From positions 1 through 64,000 of the IMG/VR virus record IMGVR_UViG_3300045974_000283: a stretch of DNA of 64,000 nucleotides; one strand, written 5' to 3'. The notes beneath the pieces were generated by a model, which saw only the letters and a list, made by a program, of their open reading frames with translations, made no database searches and was not told the origin of the DNA. Shown here in pieces: positions 19,001-26,854 of this stretch. How positions within the stretch are numbered: the first letter of the stretch is position 1; each line of letters starts with the position of its first letter. The stretch comes from a virus. The position numbers and the translations under genes were made by a program.

Positions 19001-19985
19001 GTCGGGTCGCTCATTGCGAATCTTCACGCCGGAGAAACTTCGCAAGGAGCTTGAGGCGTTCCCGTTCATCCAGTCGCTTCGGGTGGTCGGTGACACCGTC
19101 TACTTGGTGATGCAGCCCGCAATCGTTACGCTGGAATCCGCTGAAGCATTCTGGGAAGTCAAGCGTGTCCAGGGATACGGCGAGTTCGTCGAAAAGTGGG
19201 CGGCGGCAGTTCAAAGCTCCTGGCCCTGCGGGAGTGCTGAAAAGGCGGCGATTCAGAAGGTGATCCTGAAAAGCGAACAGTTCAAGCATCTTGCCACCAA
19301 GTACGGCACTCGTCTCCCGGACGAGAAGATCCACATAGCGGACCGGGATGACGAGGTTCATCGGTTCCTTCAGCTGGCAATTCGCGACGCGGGTTTCCAG
19401 CGGTATGTACCGGCGATGAGCATGGGACTCACGGTGAAGGACGTTTATGAGAAGTCCGACACCACGAATCCGGTCAAGCTGTCCATGTTCGGAATAGGAG
19501 TGGGCATCCGGGACTTCGAGGAGAGTCATGCCGAGCAGCTGAACGAGCTCAAGCTGTCACCAGAAATCTACGGAGTTCTTGAACCTCTATACACGAAGTG
19601 GCGAAACACCCTTCAACCCAAGGTCACCGGATCATCAAGCAAGAAGATGGACGCCCTGGAAAGTTGGAAAGAGGAATACCAGAAACTGAAAAGCACTCCG
19701 TACGGTTCCATCATTTCAACCGAGCTGACGACGGCAGGCTTCGACAGGTTCGTTCAGGGCAAGCCGCTCACGCCTCACCTCAAGATCAGTGGCAACTCCT
19801 GCTGGTCCTCTTTCAAGGACGCCATCAATCTGTCGCTGCGAAAACGTCGTCATCTGGAAGCCATGCTTTTGTGCCGGGACTTCTTCACCTCTGCCACTGA
19901 TAACGTGACGGGTATCCCGGGCTTGCTGGAAATGCCCACAAAGGAACCGTCAATCAAGTTCGTCTCAAACCGCGTCAGCTTCTAA
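16038..19985 (+). CDS. 1315-aa multidomain protein with C-terminal E2 (UBC)-like module
   Basis: AAGGA RBS. Acidic tract and coiled coil precede PLTPHLKISGNSCWSSFKDAINLSL...LCRDFFTSA (Cys1255), resembling the prokaryotic E2 PH-x-x-x-G-x-x-C signature. Directly upstream of E1 and Ubl genes. Confidence 0.62.
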   Translation: MSNPDQSLGEILSAAAEIFLPGSTTTAVTVQVPTPAQNNLKLQTDLNTGRLSRAVPPKPWPGEEPKTQNRKARKLVMKTYDDEETNEESEDDGEKLLRKLPAKSKSYTELEAEKAAAGIQKNPKVGFKSFTDTLEMAREQSLVKARPLPEWTQAFNVNAHHDDAFYPILVDLRSERTLSEITKKLEEQRLNEENRNRPRLFLSAFNETGAAREVHLDGLLNASNRLSFLTASVMKGFLMSPISRAELDYLYEEVVHKFGMDTSWFSSTKDPSAVKCSLEERRVVEDLMVNVRYARTRSRDHHLHSICNDFGYSNGDRIRPLPKTSKSIETRSKMLDYFYEFDTYIEIPSSVMSCDYTPESLFNGREICLMPLVSNFKSHLAEDKLATCGPRYSPEWENRRLDQETSFVVVWVPREQFITPREGANPLTGVSQYLRAGIATGAFLPENDQTANPVSRADAAAFIEKVYSENVSWTRRLNFELEGVNVIKDMADTMLPEEIGLLQENVTTKPFLFVDCGALDPIVQSFGAEFCALFNSPVRDRTFPMYFNRSTTNDDHRKKRNVVFPIQPLRDYVYRNDGMLKISWKTYQDNDTSKGYTEVEDELVRSLGIKSTDEVKTENTFNLDAWTASFDDPCFDVEHVVFIDDHHRQDRLSAIRAALGSVGVTFDPEILLDFLVRVCIGSAPDFLIAFTGRNAGVQSFDYLLRHYFAGNLTAPKSVGSFLHMIGRRGLADNQDRARGLALIEAVEALPRSAGLVDPTAILSPGECAVNPLNTVGMSPRKGKPAPAAKKKPRPRDDEDDEEEEEEESKKDDDEEDENFQETPATERVLRETRNDDQDDKEKLRAEYLDLLSLLSQQDQTSKLGCLVSAERRNLVVAAGIENVSEFAYMKTGDSIYSNLFTAQNLDYERVSVINRATATKLSASSKKAQERLLAGSKDQLSTSETVSKRVKTAAETLRALEQARGEVRKQMERYQVHLEDLREGILIRSGRSLRIFTPEKLRKELEAFPFIQSLRVVGDTVYLVMQPAIVTLESAEAFWEVKRVQGYGEFVEKWAAAVQSSWPCGSAEKAAIQKVILKSEQFKHLATKYGTRLPDEKIHIADRDDEVHRFLQLAIRDAGFQRYVPAMSMGLTVKDVYEKSDTTNPVKLSMFGIGVGIRDFEESHAEQLNELKLSPEIYGVLEPLYTKWRNTLQPKVTGSSSKKMDALESWKEEYQKLKSTPYGSIISTELTTAGFDRFVQGKPLTPHLKISGNSCWSSFKDAINLSLRKRRHLEAMLLCRDFFTSATDNVTGIPGLLEMPTKEPSIKFVSNRVSF

Positions 19986-19994
19986 GGAACCAAC

Positions 19995-20702
19995 ATGGAC
20001 CTCACTCGTCACCGCTATGTTTTCGATCCCGCTCAGTTCAACGACAGGCAGCTCACTGTCGCGGTCATCGGGGCGGGCGCCCTCGGCTCTCAGGTGGCAC
20101 TGCACCTGAGCAAGCTCGGCCTCGACCGCGTCTATGTCATCGACGACGATCAAGTCGAGGGTCACAACCTACCGAATCAGCTGACCTACGGGGAAGACGA
20201 CATCGGCAAGTACAAAGCCGTGGCTTTGGCAAATCGCCTGAATCTACTGCGAGGCGGTTCCGACTTCGGTGCGGATGTCGTTTGGCCTGTCGTGCGTCGT
20301 GCTCCGATCGGATACGTGGCGGAAGCCGCCGCTGTCTTCGTCTGCGTGGACAGCATGAAGGCGCGGAAGGAAATCGCGGATTTCGCGTTCACCAACTGCC
20401 CACCTAGTACCCTGTTAATAGATGGTAGGATCGGTGCCTATACCGGTTCTGCCCTGATATCACGTGTCGGGCTGGAAAACGAAGTCGAGGGCTACAGGCA
20501 AACCCTGTACTCCGATTCCGATGTCCAGCCCGACACGGGTAGCTGTGGGGAGACCCTCAGCATCGGAGCCACTGCGAGCATCATCGCGGCGCAGATGGTC
20601 TGGCTGTTCATGCAGCGTTTCTCAACCGCCGAAATCCCTCGGCATGTCAACGAAGTGATCTTTTCCGTCAACCCCTGGAGCCTCATGGCTCGTTCTTTCT
20701 GA
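19995..20702 (+). CDS. ThiF/MoeB-family E1-like activating enzyme
   Basis: VIGAGALGS nucleotide-binding loop, DDDQVEGHNLPNQ, GKYKA, VCVDSMKAR, IDGR; candidate catalytic Cys184 (GSCG). No CxxC zinc pairs. Confidence 0.92.
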   Translation: MDLTRHRYVFDPAQFNDRQLTVAVIGAGALGSQVALHLSKLGLDRVYVIDDDQVEGHNLPNQLTYGEDDIGKYKAVALANRLNLLRGGSDFGADVVWPVVRRAPIGYVAEAAAVFVCVDSMKARKEIADFAFTNCPPSTLLIDGRIGAYTGSALISRVGLENEVEGYRQTLYSDSDVQPDTGSCGETLSIGATASIIAAQMVWLFMQRFSTAEIPRHVNEVIFSVNPWSLMARSF

Positions 20703-20711
20703 AAGCAAACC

Positions 20712-21455
20712 ATGTCCAAAATCAACGTCACGTTCCGTTCCGCCCTCGGCTCTGTCTTCACCGCTGCGGTGGATGCGGGCACCTCCCTCCGTCAGGCTTT
20801 CAATCAGGCTGTCGGCAAGACCTACGGTGCCATCGACCACCAAGAAATCACGGCTGAAGGCGCGAAGGTCAGCAAGGAGAAGAAGCTGAGCGCCGACCTC
20901 GAAGTCGCCGTCGTCCTGAAGGGCGAAACGGCCCCTGTCGCCAGCTCGGCGACTCCGGCGAACACGGAAACCGCAAGCGATTCCGTCGCTGAAAGCACCA
21001 CGACCACGGAGACCTCCAATGCCAACACCGCAGACACCGCACAAAGCGCCACCGAAGGCACCGCCACCGATGCCGTCCAAGGATCAGCCGAACAGGCCGC
21101 AGAAGGCACCACCGAAACCGCGAACGCTCAACCGGCCGAGGGCGTGAAGGCCGAGACCGAGACGGCTTCTGTCGCCTCGGCTTCCGGCATCGAGGCGGTT
21201 CCAGTCGGCACGGCTCCGGTTGTCGAGAAGGTCAGCGTGACCTTCAAGGGCATGGGCTCCGGCCGTGGTTCGCCCGACATCATCGTGCAGCGCAACAAGG
21301 GCACGCCGCTGTCTGAGTTCCTGACTGAGTCTTCGCTCGTGTCTGTGTCCAAGGGCAAGCGCTTCTTCGACCAGACCAACAAGTCGATCCCGGTCGGCAT
21401 GTTGATCCAGGCGAACATGGCGCTGTCGGCACGGGCCGCGTCATCCGGCGGCTGA
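20712..21455 (+). CDS. tandem ubiquitin-like (beta-grasp) protein ending in Gly-Gly
   Basis: N-domain KINVTFRSALGSVFTAAVDAGTSLRQAF and C-domain KVSVTFKGMG...NKGTPLSEFL share a strand-strand-helix pattern. They are joined by an approximately 100-aa T/A/E/S linker; the C-terminus is ASSGG-stop. Confidence 0.78.
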   Translation: MSKINVTFRSALGSVFTAAVDAGTSLRQAFNQAVGKTYGAIDHQEITAEGAKVSKEKKLSADLEVAVVLKGETAPVASSATPANTETASDSVAESTTTTETSNANTADTAQSATEGTATDAVQGSAEQAAEGTTETANAQPAEGVKAETETASVASASGIEAVPVGTAPVVEKVSVTFKGMGSGRGSPDIIVQRNKGTPLSEFLTESSLVSVSKGKRFFDQTNKSIPVGMLIQANMALSARAASSGG

Positions 21456-21474
21456 TCGTTCGGTAGTTCGTCAC

Positions 21475-21498
21475 GAGGGTCCGCGATCGCGGACCCTC
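21475..21498 (+). terminator. 24-bp perfect palindrome, probable operon terminator
   Basis: GAGGGTCCGCGATCGCGGACCCTC followed by TTCCCTCTTC. Confidence 0.6.
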
Positions 21499-21519
21499 TT
21501 CCCTCTTCACATCGTCACC

Positions 21520-21885
21520 ATGAAACACGCACATCGCACACGCAAGCCGAACGCGCACGAACGAGCCCTGATGGCCGAGTGGGAGCGCACGGTGAAAAAG
21601 CATTCCGCTCCGTTGGACCGTGGTGCCAAGGCCAAGGGCGTAAAACGCGCAAAGCCGCAGAAAGCAGAGTCGCTGATTCCGCCTTCAGGCTACTCGATGG
21701 TTGAGCCGTCACGCGTGAGTGTGGAAACCTTCCAGCGCAAGTTCGTTGGCTCAGTGGCACCACGGCAGTCCACTCAGTACACGGGGACTGAGATGCTCGG
21801 TGTCAGCACGATGCACAAGTCCAACTCGACGCCTGTCTTCTCGAAAGAAGCCGCGATCGACATCGCCCGCATGAGGAGGGGCTGA
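21520..21885 (+). CDS. basic phage hypothetical protein (YTG...MHKSN motif)
   Basis: YTGTEMLGVSTMHKSNSTPV is a motif I recall from conserved myovirus hypothetical proteins. Confidence 0.65.
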   Translation: MKHAHRTRKPNAHERALMAEWERTVKKHSAPLDRGAKAKGVKRAKPQKAESLIPPSGYSMVEPSRVSVETFQRKFVGSVAPRQSTQYTGTEMLGVSTMHKSNSTPVFSKEAAIDIARMRRG

Positions 21886-21886
21886 G

Positions 21887-22714
21887 ATGGACTATTTGCT
21901 GGACCCTCTCCTGTGCTACACGAGGCCCATGCGAACCGCCTACAAGATTTATCCAGAGCATCTATGGCTGGCCGCGTTCAACTTGATCCAGGCAGTAGCC
22001 GGTCCCTGCGCGGACCACCCTGTAACGAGTGATCCCTACGATCCGAACAGAGGCAGCTTCCGCATGTTCAAGACGAGCGTCTACGTGGACTGGAACGTCA
22101 GTGCCGAGATCTTCATCAAAGAGAATGCCACTGACGTGTGGCTGAACTACATAGCTGATGTTCATGTGCCGCGTAGAAGCAAGACAGCGCTCGTCTTCAA
22201 CATGAAGATTTTCCTAGGTGACGCCTCTGGTCAGTTTGCGCTGAGCAGCCACCAGAGCCCGGAGAAGGACTTCAACGTCTATCTACTGTTCGATGACACG
22301 CCGTTCGCCGGCGAACCGTTCGCCTTAGTCTTCAACGACCGCCCCCGATCGCCACCAGGAGGGGCTCGGTCCTTGACCCGTTCCGATACTACCCTCGAAC
22401 TTGATCCCTACCTTGATTGGGCGCCGGTTCAAGGGCCTTTGTGGACAGACGGACGAAAGTTCCGGCATCCGATGGTCTGGGGGCCGAGAGCTGCGCGAGT
22501 CGCTGGAGCTGTGATAACCAAAGCGGTCGAGGAAGCCTGCGCTGTGAGGGGGAACTCAGAAGTCTCGATACCCGGTATGAAAGCGGCCCTTGACTGGAAA
22601 CGCATCTTCACGAAGCCTATCGTAATGGCTGCCCTGTGTTCCTCACAGGAAATCAACCCTGAGCAGTTCACGTCAGACCTTCTCTTCTCTGGACAGAGAC
22701 ACCTCGTATTATGA
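21887..22714 (+). CDS. hypothetical protein, paralogue of the next ORF
   Basis: Shares TPFxxEPFAL and P(Y/F)LDW blocks with 22711..23646. Confidence 0.7.
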   Translation: MDYLLDPLLCYTRPMRTAYKIYPEHLWLAAFNLIQAVAGPCADHPVTSDPYDPNRGSFRMFKTSVYVDWNVSAEIFIKENATDVWLNYIADVHVPRRSKTALVFNMKIFLGDASGQFALSSHQSPEKDFNVYLLFDDTPFAGEPFALVFNDRPRSPPGGARSLTRSDTTLELDPYLDWAPVQGPLWTDGRKFRHPMVWGPRAARVAGAVITKAVEEACAVRGNSEVSIPGMKAALDWKRIFTKPIVMAALCSSQEINPEQFTSDLLFSGQRHLVL

Positions 22715-23646
22715 ACTCACTGAATCTGGAAGTATCCCAAACGGCACCGCACATGGAAGAAATCGTGAGCCCCGGGAATCTGTGGATCACCCTGTTCAAC
22801 TATTGGGCGATGGTGCGCAGATCCCTCAAGTCGGGAGGGCAAGAAGAAAGTACTCTGCATCTCCACGTGTCTTGGCATTCTGGGGCAGAGACCGAGCAGG
22901 TAATGAATTCTATCTGGCTCGATGATGACGACGACAGCGGGGATTGGCGAAGCAAGGGCGTTCTGATCTGCGATTCTTTCAAGACGAGTCAGCCCGGTCG
23001 TGTATGGCAATGGGGTGATGCCATCCGGAACGAAACGCGGTCGATCGTCGTCTTCAGTATGGAAGACTGGAGCCCGCTTGGGGCCACACAGATTCCCCGG
23101 AAGCGCCGGAAGGTGATACTGCACTTCCTCGAGAACACACCTTTCGAGAAGGAACCCTTCGCCCTGACGATTCAGTATCGGTCGAAGACTCAGCGAGAGA
23201 CTGGCAACCCGTACCGAAAGAAGGACCCCTTTGAGATTTCCGTGTACGATCAATGGGATCTTGTTGGAACGATTCTGGGTCACCGGACCTCAGTTTCCAT
23301 TCAGAGGGTGTTTCACCCTTTCTTGGATTGGAATCGCGGCGATATGACTTGGGGGCCGGGTAAGCTGCCGAATCAAAAGACCTTGAACGATCGCTATCTC
23401 TCGTTGATCAAAGTGTCTTTGAAGAAGGCTAAGATTGTGAGTATCGCGCTGCTGAAGGCGCTGGAAGAAACTTCTGTGCTCGGCCTCGAGAAGATGGTCA
23501 TTCGTTCGGGTTTGGAAAAGTTCTCAGACAGATTCTCGACACTCGGCTGTCCGTTCAGCAAGTTCACTTTCCACGGGCATCCCATCCTGTGGGAATCAAT
23601 CACCCCAGAAATGTTATTCCCGATGCAGGAACACTTGGAACCATGA
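22711..23646 (+). CDS. hypothetical protein, paralogue of the previous ORF
   Basis: ATGA overlap; shared motifs as above. Confidence 0.7.
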   Translation: MNSLNLEVSQTAPHMEEIVSPGNLWITLFNYWAMVRRSLKSGGQEESTLHLHVSWHSGAETEQVMNSIWLDDDDDSGDWRSKGVLICDSFKTSQPGRVWQWGDAIRNETRSIVVFSMEDWSPLGATQIPRKRRKVILHFLENTPFEKEPFALTIQYRSKTQRETGNPYRKKDPFEISVYDQWDLVGTILGHRTSVSIQRVFHPFLDWNRGDMTWGPGKLPNQKTLNDRYLSLIKVSLKKAKIVSIALLKALEETSVLGLEKMVIRSGLEKFSDRFSTLGCPFSKFTFHGHPILWESITPEMLFPMQEHLEP

Positions 23647-24653
23647 GCAAATCGAATCAATACGCGGATCAGCAGAAATGGTCGCAACGATGCCGCGACA
23701 AAGCCTACGGGTCGAAGCGGAGTCGCGACGAGTTCATCGGTTCAACCGTCAGACCCATAGTTCAAGTGTTCTTGGATTCACCGCCGGACTCGTTGTTCCC
23801 GAATGTCGGTATGCTCCGGAACGCCGAGGCGGTTCCCATGCACAGCGCTCCCGGAGCACGGAACCCGAACACCGCGAAGCTGGCCCTGCTCAGCGTCCTA
23901 GACAGGTGCCGTCCGTGGACGGGTCCAGAGTTCGTTGGACATGCTGACGAGGGGGACAAGACGAACAGCTTCATGTGTCTTCAGCTGAAGGTGACGAATG
24001 CGGGTGAGACAGGTAGGATCGTTCAGGTCTCCATGCGTCGCCGCGAGCTGCCGCATTATGTTCTTCAAGAGGACGCGGTCCATCCAGACATCCATATAGT
24101 CGAAGAGACGCATATGCAGTCGTACGCCAATGGACTGGTGCGGTGGGCGCAGAAGAAAGCCGTTCGTACTTGGGAAGCCCCGTGGTTTGTGGCGACACGG
24201 CATCTGGGAGATTTCCGGTTCAGCGAACGGGACCACAAGACGCTGATCTTCAAGCCCGGCAAGTCCGCCTTCGTCGACAAACAGTTCATCCGCTCCGTGA
24301 ACCTGTCGTCGTATGATGGCAAGGCTCCGGATCAACTGAACGCTCGTCACTCCGATGTGCTCCAGAGGCTGGAACTCGCGGCGATGGAAGCGCTCGTCGG
24401 GAATACTTGCCTTATCGCCTACATGGTGGGCACTGAGCTTGTCGTTCGCGAGAAAGCTGAGGAGGGCGGGGCTAACCAAAATTTGCGGATATTCCCGCAT
24501 CAAAACGTAATCACCAGCTGCGCGAGGCAGACCGGGAAGACATGGGTCGCCGCTCAGATGTCAATGGGTAAGAACACCTATCATCAGATCCAGGGCCTGA
24601 TCAACGCTGCACTAGCGAATCCGATGATGATATCACCCAAAGGAAAACCATGA
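23643..24653 (+). CDS. hypothetical protein with C-terminal terminase-like Walker A remnant
   Basis: ATGA overlap; NVITSCARQTGKTWVAA about 45 aa before the stop. Confidence 0.65.
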   Translation: MSKSNQYADQQKWSQRCRDKAYGSKRSRDEFIGSTVRPIVQVFLDSPPDSLFPNVGMLRNAEAVPMHSAPGARNPNTAKLALLSVLDRCRPWTGPEFVGHADEGDKTNSFMCLQLKVTNAGETGRIVQVSMRRRELPHYVLQEDAVHPDIHIVEETHMQSYANGLVRWAQKKAVRTWEAPWFVATRHLGDFRFSERDHKTLIFKPGKSAFVDKQFIRSVNLSSYDGKAPDQLNARHSDVLQRLELAAMEALVGNTCLIAYMVGTELVVREKAEEGGANQNLRIFPHQNVITSCARQTGKTWVAAQMSMGKNTYHQIQGLINAALANPMMISPKGKP

Positions 24654-25213
24654 CCCGGTACAACACGCGAAACGCCGAGCCGAACCGCTCGGAGCGTCGG
24701 ACGACTCTGGCATTGAACCGCCGAAAGATGGCCGTGCTAGAACTTCTTGAAGCCGCGACAGTAGACACCGTCGCGATGAACTCGGCCAAAGCCGGGGACC
24801 GGTTTCTCTTGCTCGTGCTCAAGCCGTGGCCTGAGAACGCCAGCTTGAAAGGACCTAGGGTGCGGATCACTCTGCAGGAAGCTGAGGTGGCTGCTGACGA
24901 GCAGGTCGTAAACCTACTCGGCCAGATAAAAGAGTCCATCTGGGCTCGGTTCGGGCGGGGTGAGGATGCTTTCGAGAAAGAACCCGTCTATGAGAAAGAC
25001 GGGTGGGTGAACCAATACGCACGGATGTTCGCTGATCGATACGGCTACGTTGCAGATCGGTTCGAGGACAGGGACCGTATCTTGCGACCTGACCACGAGG
25101 TAGACTATCAGGTCTTCAAGACGGCCTTGCTAGAGACGCTCGCGGTAGGGACCATGTTCGTCTACCGAAGCAAGGACAAGAAGCAAGTCATTTCAATCGC
25201 AGTAGACACCTAA
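24650..25213 (+). CDS. hypothetical protein
   Basis: ATGA overlap; AAGGA RBS. Confidence 0.7.
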   Translation: MTRYNTRNAEPNRSERRTTLALNRRKMAVLELLEAATVDTVAMNSAKAGDRFLLLVLKPWPENASLKGPRVRITLQEAEVAADEQVVNLLGQIKESIWARFGRGEDAFEKEPVYEKDGWVNQYARMFADRYGYVADRFEDRDRILRPDHEVDYQVFKTALLETLAVGTMFVYRSKDKKQVISIAVDT

Positions 25214-25221
25214 GGAACACC

Positions 25222-25686
25222 ATGAAAACTTGCACAGTGAACGGTAAGGTCCTTCAAGTTCCAGTGAACGTTCGTCGGCTCGCCCCACAGAAAGGCTGGC
25301 AAGCAACCTTCAGGCACGAGCTGCCCTCAGGAAAGAAGAACGCGTTCTTCCCCGACAGCGGACGGGATCCGAAAGTTTCCTTGAAAGAAGCTTCCGACTT
25401 TGCTGATCTTCATCGTAGACCAGTGGAAACAGGTCTATCCCGTGAAAGCCTTCACAACCCAGAAGCAAGCATCTGGGAGTCCAGAGTTCCGGCCAAGAAG
25501 GACCGTCGAGCGCAGATATACGTCTGCGTCGGCCCTGTTGGAAACGTGCGGGTTCCAAAACGAATCTATGTGGGCACCGACCTGACAGCGACGCCGGAGC
25601 GCTTCGCGAAGGCGCACGAACGTGCCAAGACGATTCGGGCTGAGATGATACGAGCCAAGGCAGCTCAGCTTCAATCGGCTGCGTGA
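25222..25686 (+). CDS. putative AP2-like DNA-binding protein
   Basis: KGWQATF...KNAFFPDS...SLKEA and RIYVG...AHERAKTIR give two beta-sheet+helix units. Confidence 0.45.
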   Translation: MKTCTVNGKVLQVPVNVRRLAPQKGWQATFRHELPSGKKNAFFPDSGRDPKVSLKEASDFADLHRRPVETGLSRESLHNPEASIWESRVPAKKDRRAQIYVCVGPVGNVRVPKRIYVGTDLTATPERFAKAHERAKTIRAEMIRAKAAQLQSAA

Positions 25687-25689
25687 ACT

Positions 25690-26088
25690 ATGGCTCGTCG
25701 TTGGAAACCCCGTCGTCAGGGCGTCTCTAGACCTAAGGAGGTCCGCGGCTTTGGGCGCAAGCCGGACGGTTCCGCGCTGCACCGGGAACTGAACAAGACA
25801 CCCAAGAAGGCGACGCCGTGTCCTTACGAGTTTGCGTTCATCACGCTACGACGCAAGGGCCGAAAGCGGTCTGTTGAGTTCTACGAAGCCGTCAAACGGG
25901 CCTTCGAGATCAACAGAACGTATCCTTCGTGGGCGCATGTTCCGGCTCCAACCGAGGTTGACCTCGTCGTTCTACGGTGCCACCGCACCTCTGTGGGTTC
26001 AGACCCCTGGAACCCACCTGTACTGATGTTCAAGTCCCGCAAAGAGGACGGCGTCTTGGTCTGGGTGCGAGTGCGCGGTGCAATTTAA
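25690..26088 (+). CDS. basic hypothetical protein
   Basis: 132 aa, Arg/Lys-rich. Confidence 0.6.
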   Translation: MARRWKPRRQGVSRPKEVRGFGRKPDGSALHRELNKTPKKATPCPYEFAFITLRRKGRKRSVEFYEAVKRAFEINRTYPSWAHVPAPTEVDLVVLRCHRTSVGSDPWNPPVLMFKSRKEDGVLVWVRVRGAI

Positions 26089-26120
26089 TGGTGGATCATC
26101 TACAGTCTAGGGAGTACTGA

Positions 26121-26663
26121 ATGAACGCTTGGATCAAGAATCCCGGGAACAGGCCGGTCGTCTCCCTCAAGAGGAAGCCGGAAGCCGGGGAACCGTTTCT
26201 GTACGACAACCGGAACCTTCTACCCTATGTGGGCAGACCGGGTTGGGGAATTGAGTATCTGGACGCCGAGGGCGACTGGACGGAAACCTCCGTATGGAAA
26301 CCGGTCAACACAGAGCACCACCTGCTCTTCAAGTTGTTGAAGAACGATGTCGGCTGCTACCGGGCTCACTTCACACCGCTGCAAGGGCCGCGAGTCATCT
26401 ACCCGACCGCTGAGGTTTGTGAAGAGGAGTTTCGCTGGGACAACTCGACTCTGCTCGGTGTGATCGCTTTAGGTCAAGAGAGGTACTTCGTTGAGGAATA
26501 CAACGGAAGCTTCAGCATGTCGGCCAGCATCGCAGGTCTCACATGGAGCCTCCACTCGCTGGAGAACCGCTCTGCACGGGAGATCATTGGCCTGAACGGC
26601 GACCGTCTGTTCCGCCTACGCGAGAGCATGGGCGCGCCCGTCGTTGGAAGGATGGCCCGATGA
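26121..26663 (+). CDS. hypothetical protein
   Basis: GGGAG RBS. Confidence 0.7.
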   Translation: MNAWIKNPGNRPVVSLKRKPEAGEPFLYDNRNLLPYVGRPGWGIEYLDAEGDWTETSVWKPVNTEHHLLFKLLKNDVGCYRAHFTPLQGPRVIYPTAEVCEEEFRWDNSTLLGVIALGQERYFVEEYNGSFSMSASIAGLTWSLHSLENRSAREIIGLNGDRLFRLRESMGAPVVGRMAR

Positions 26664-26854
26664 GCCGACCCGACCAAGAGAAGATCGGAGCCCTCGTCGA
26701 ATTCCCACGCAACGGCAAGATTGAGCGAGCGCTCTTCCTCGACGAGGCCACCGCCCTGAGGTACGCTGTCGTGAATCACGGCATCATGCGAGTCGCTTGG
26801 GCTGACACGGTTAATGCTCCAGCAAAGGAGAACACCGATGACAACCCCGAGTGA
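26660..26854 (+). CDS. small hypothetical protein
   Basis: ATGA overlap with the upstream stop. Confidence 0.6.
   Translation: MSRPDQEKIGALVEFPRNGKIERALFLDEATALRYAVVNHGIMRVAWADTVNAPAKENTDDNPE

Noticed and set aside
19995-21455. ThiF + small GG protein read as thiamine/molybdopterin sulfur-transfer genes
   Set aside because: No ThiG/MoaE/cysteine desulfurase/rhodanese in the window, the E1 lacks the CxxC zinc pairs, the Ubl is a 247-aa two-domain protein, and an E2-like gene is adjacent. Not fully excluded without experiments.
14431-21885. Search for a JAB/MPN deubiquitinase in or next to the operon
   Set aside because: No E...HxH...S..D pattern found in any ORF; one may exist outside the window.
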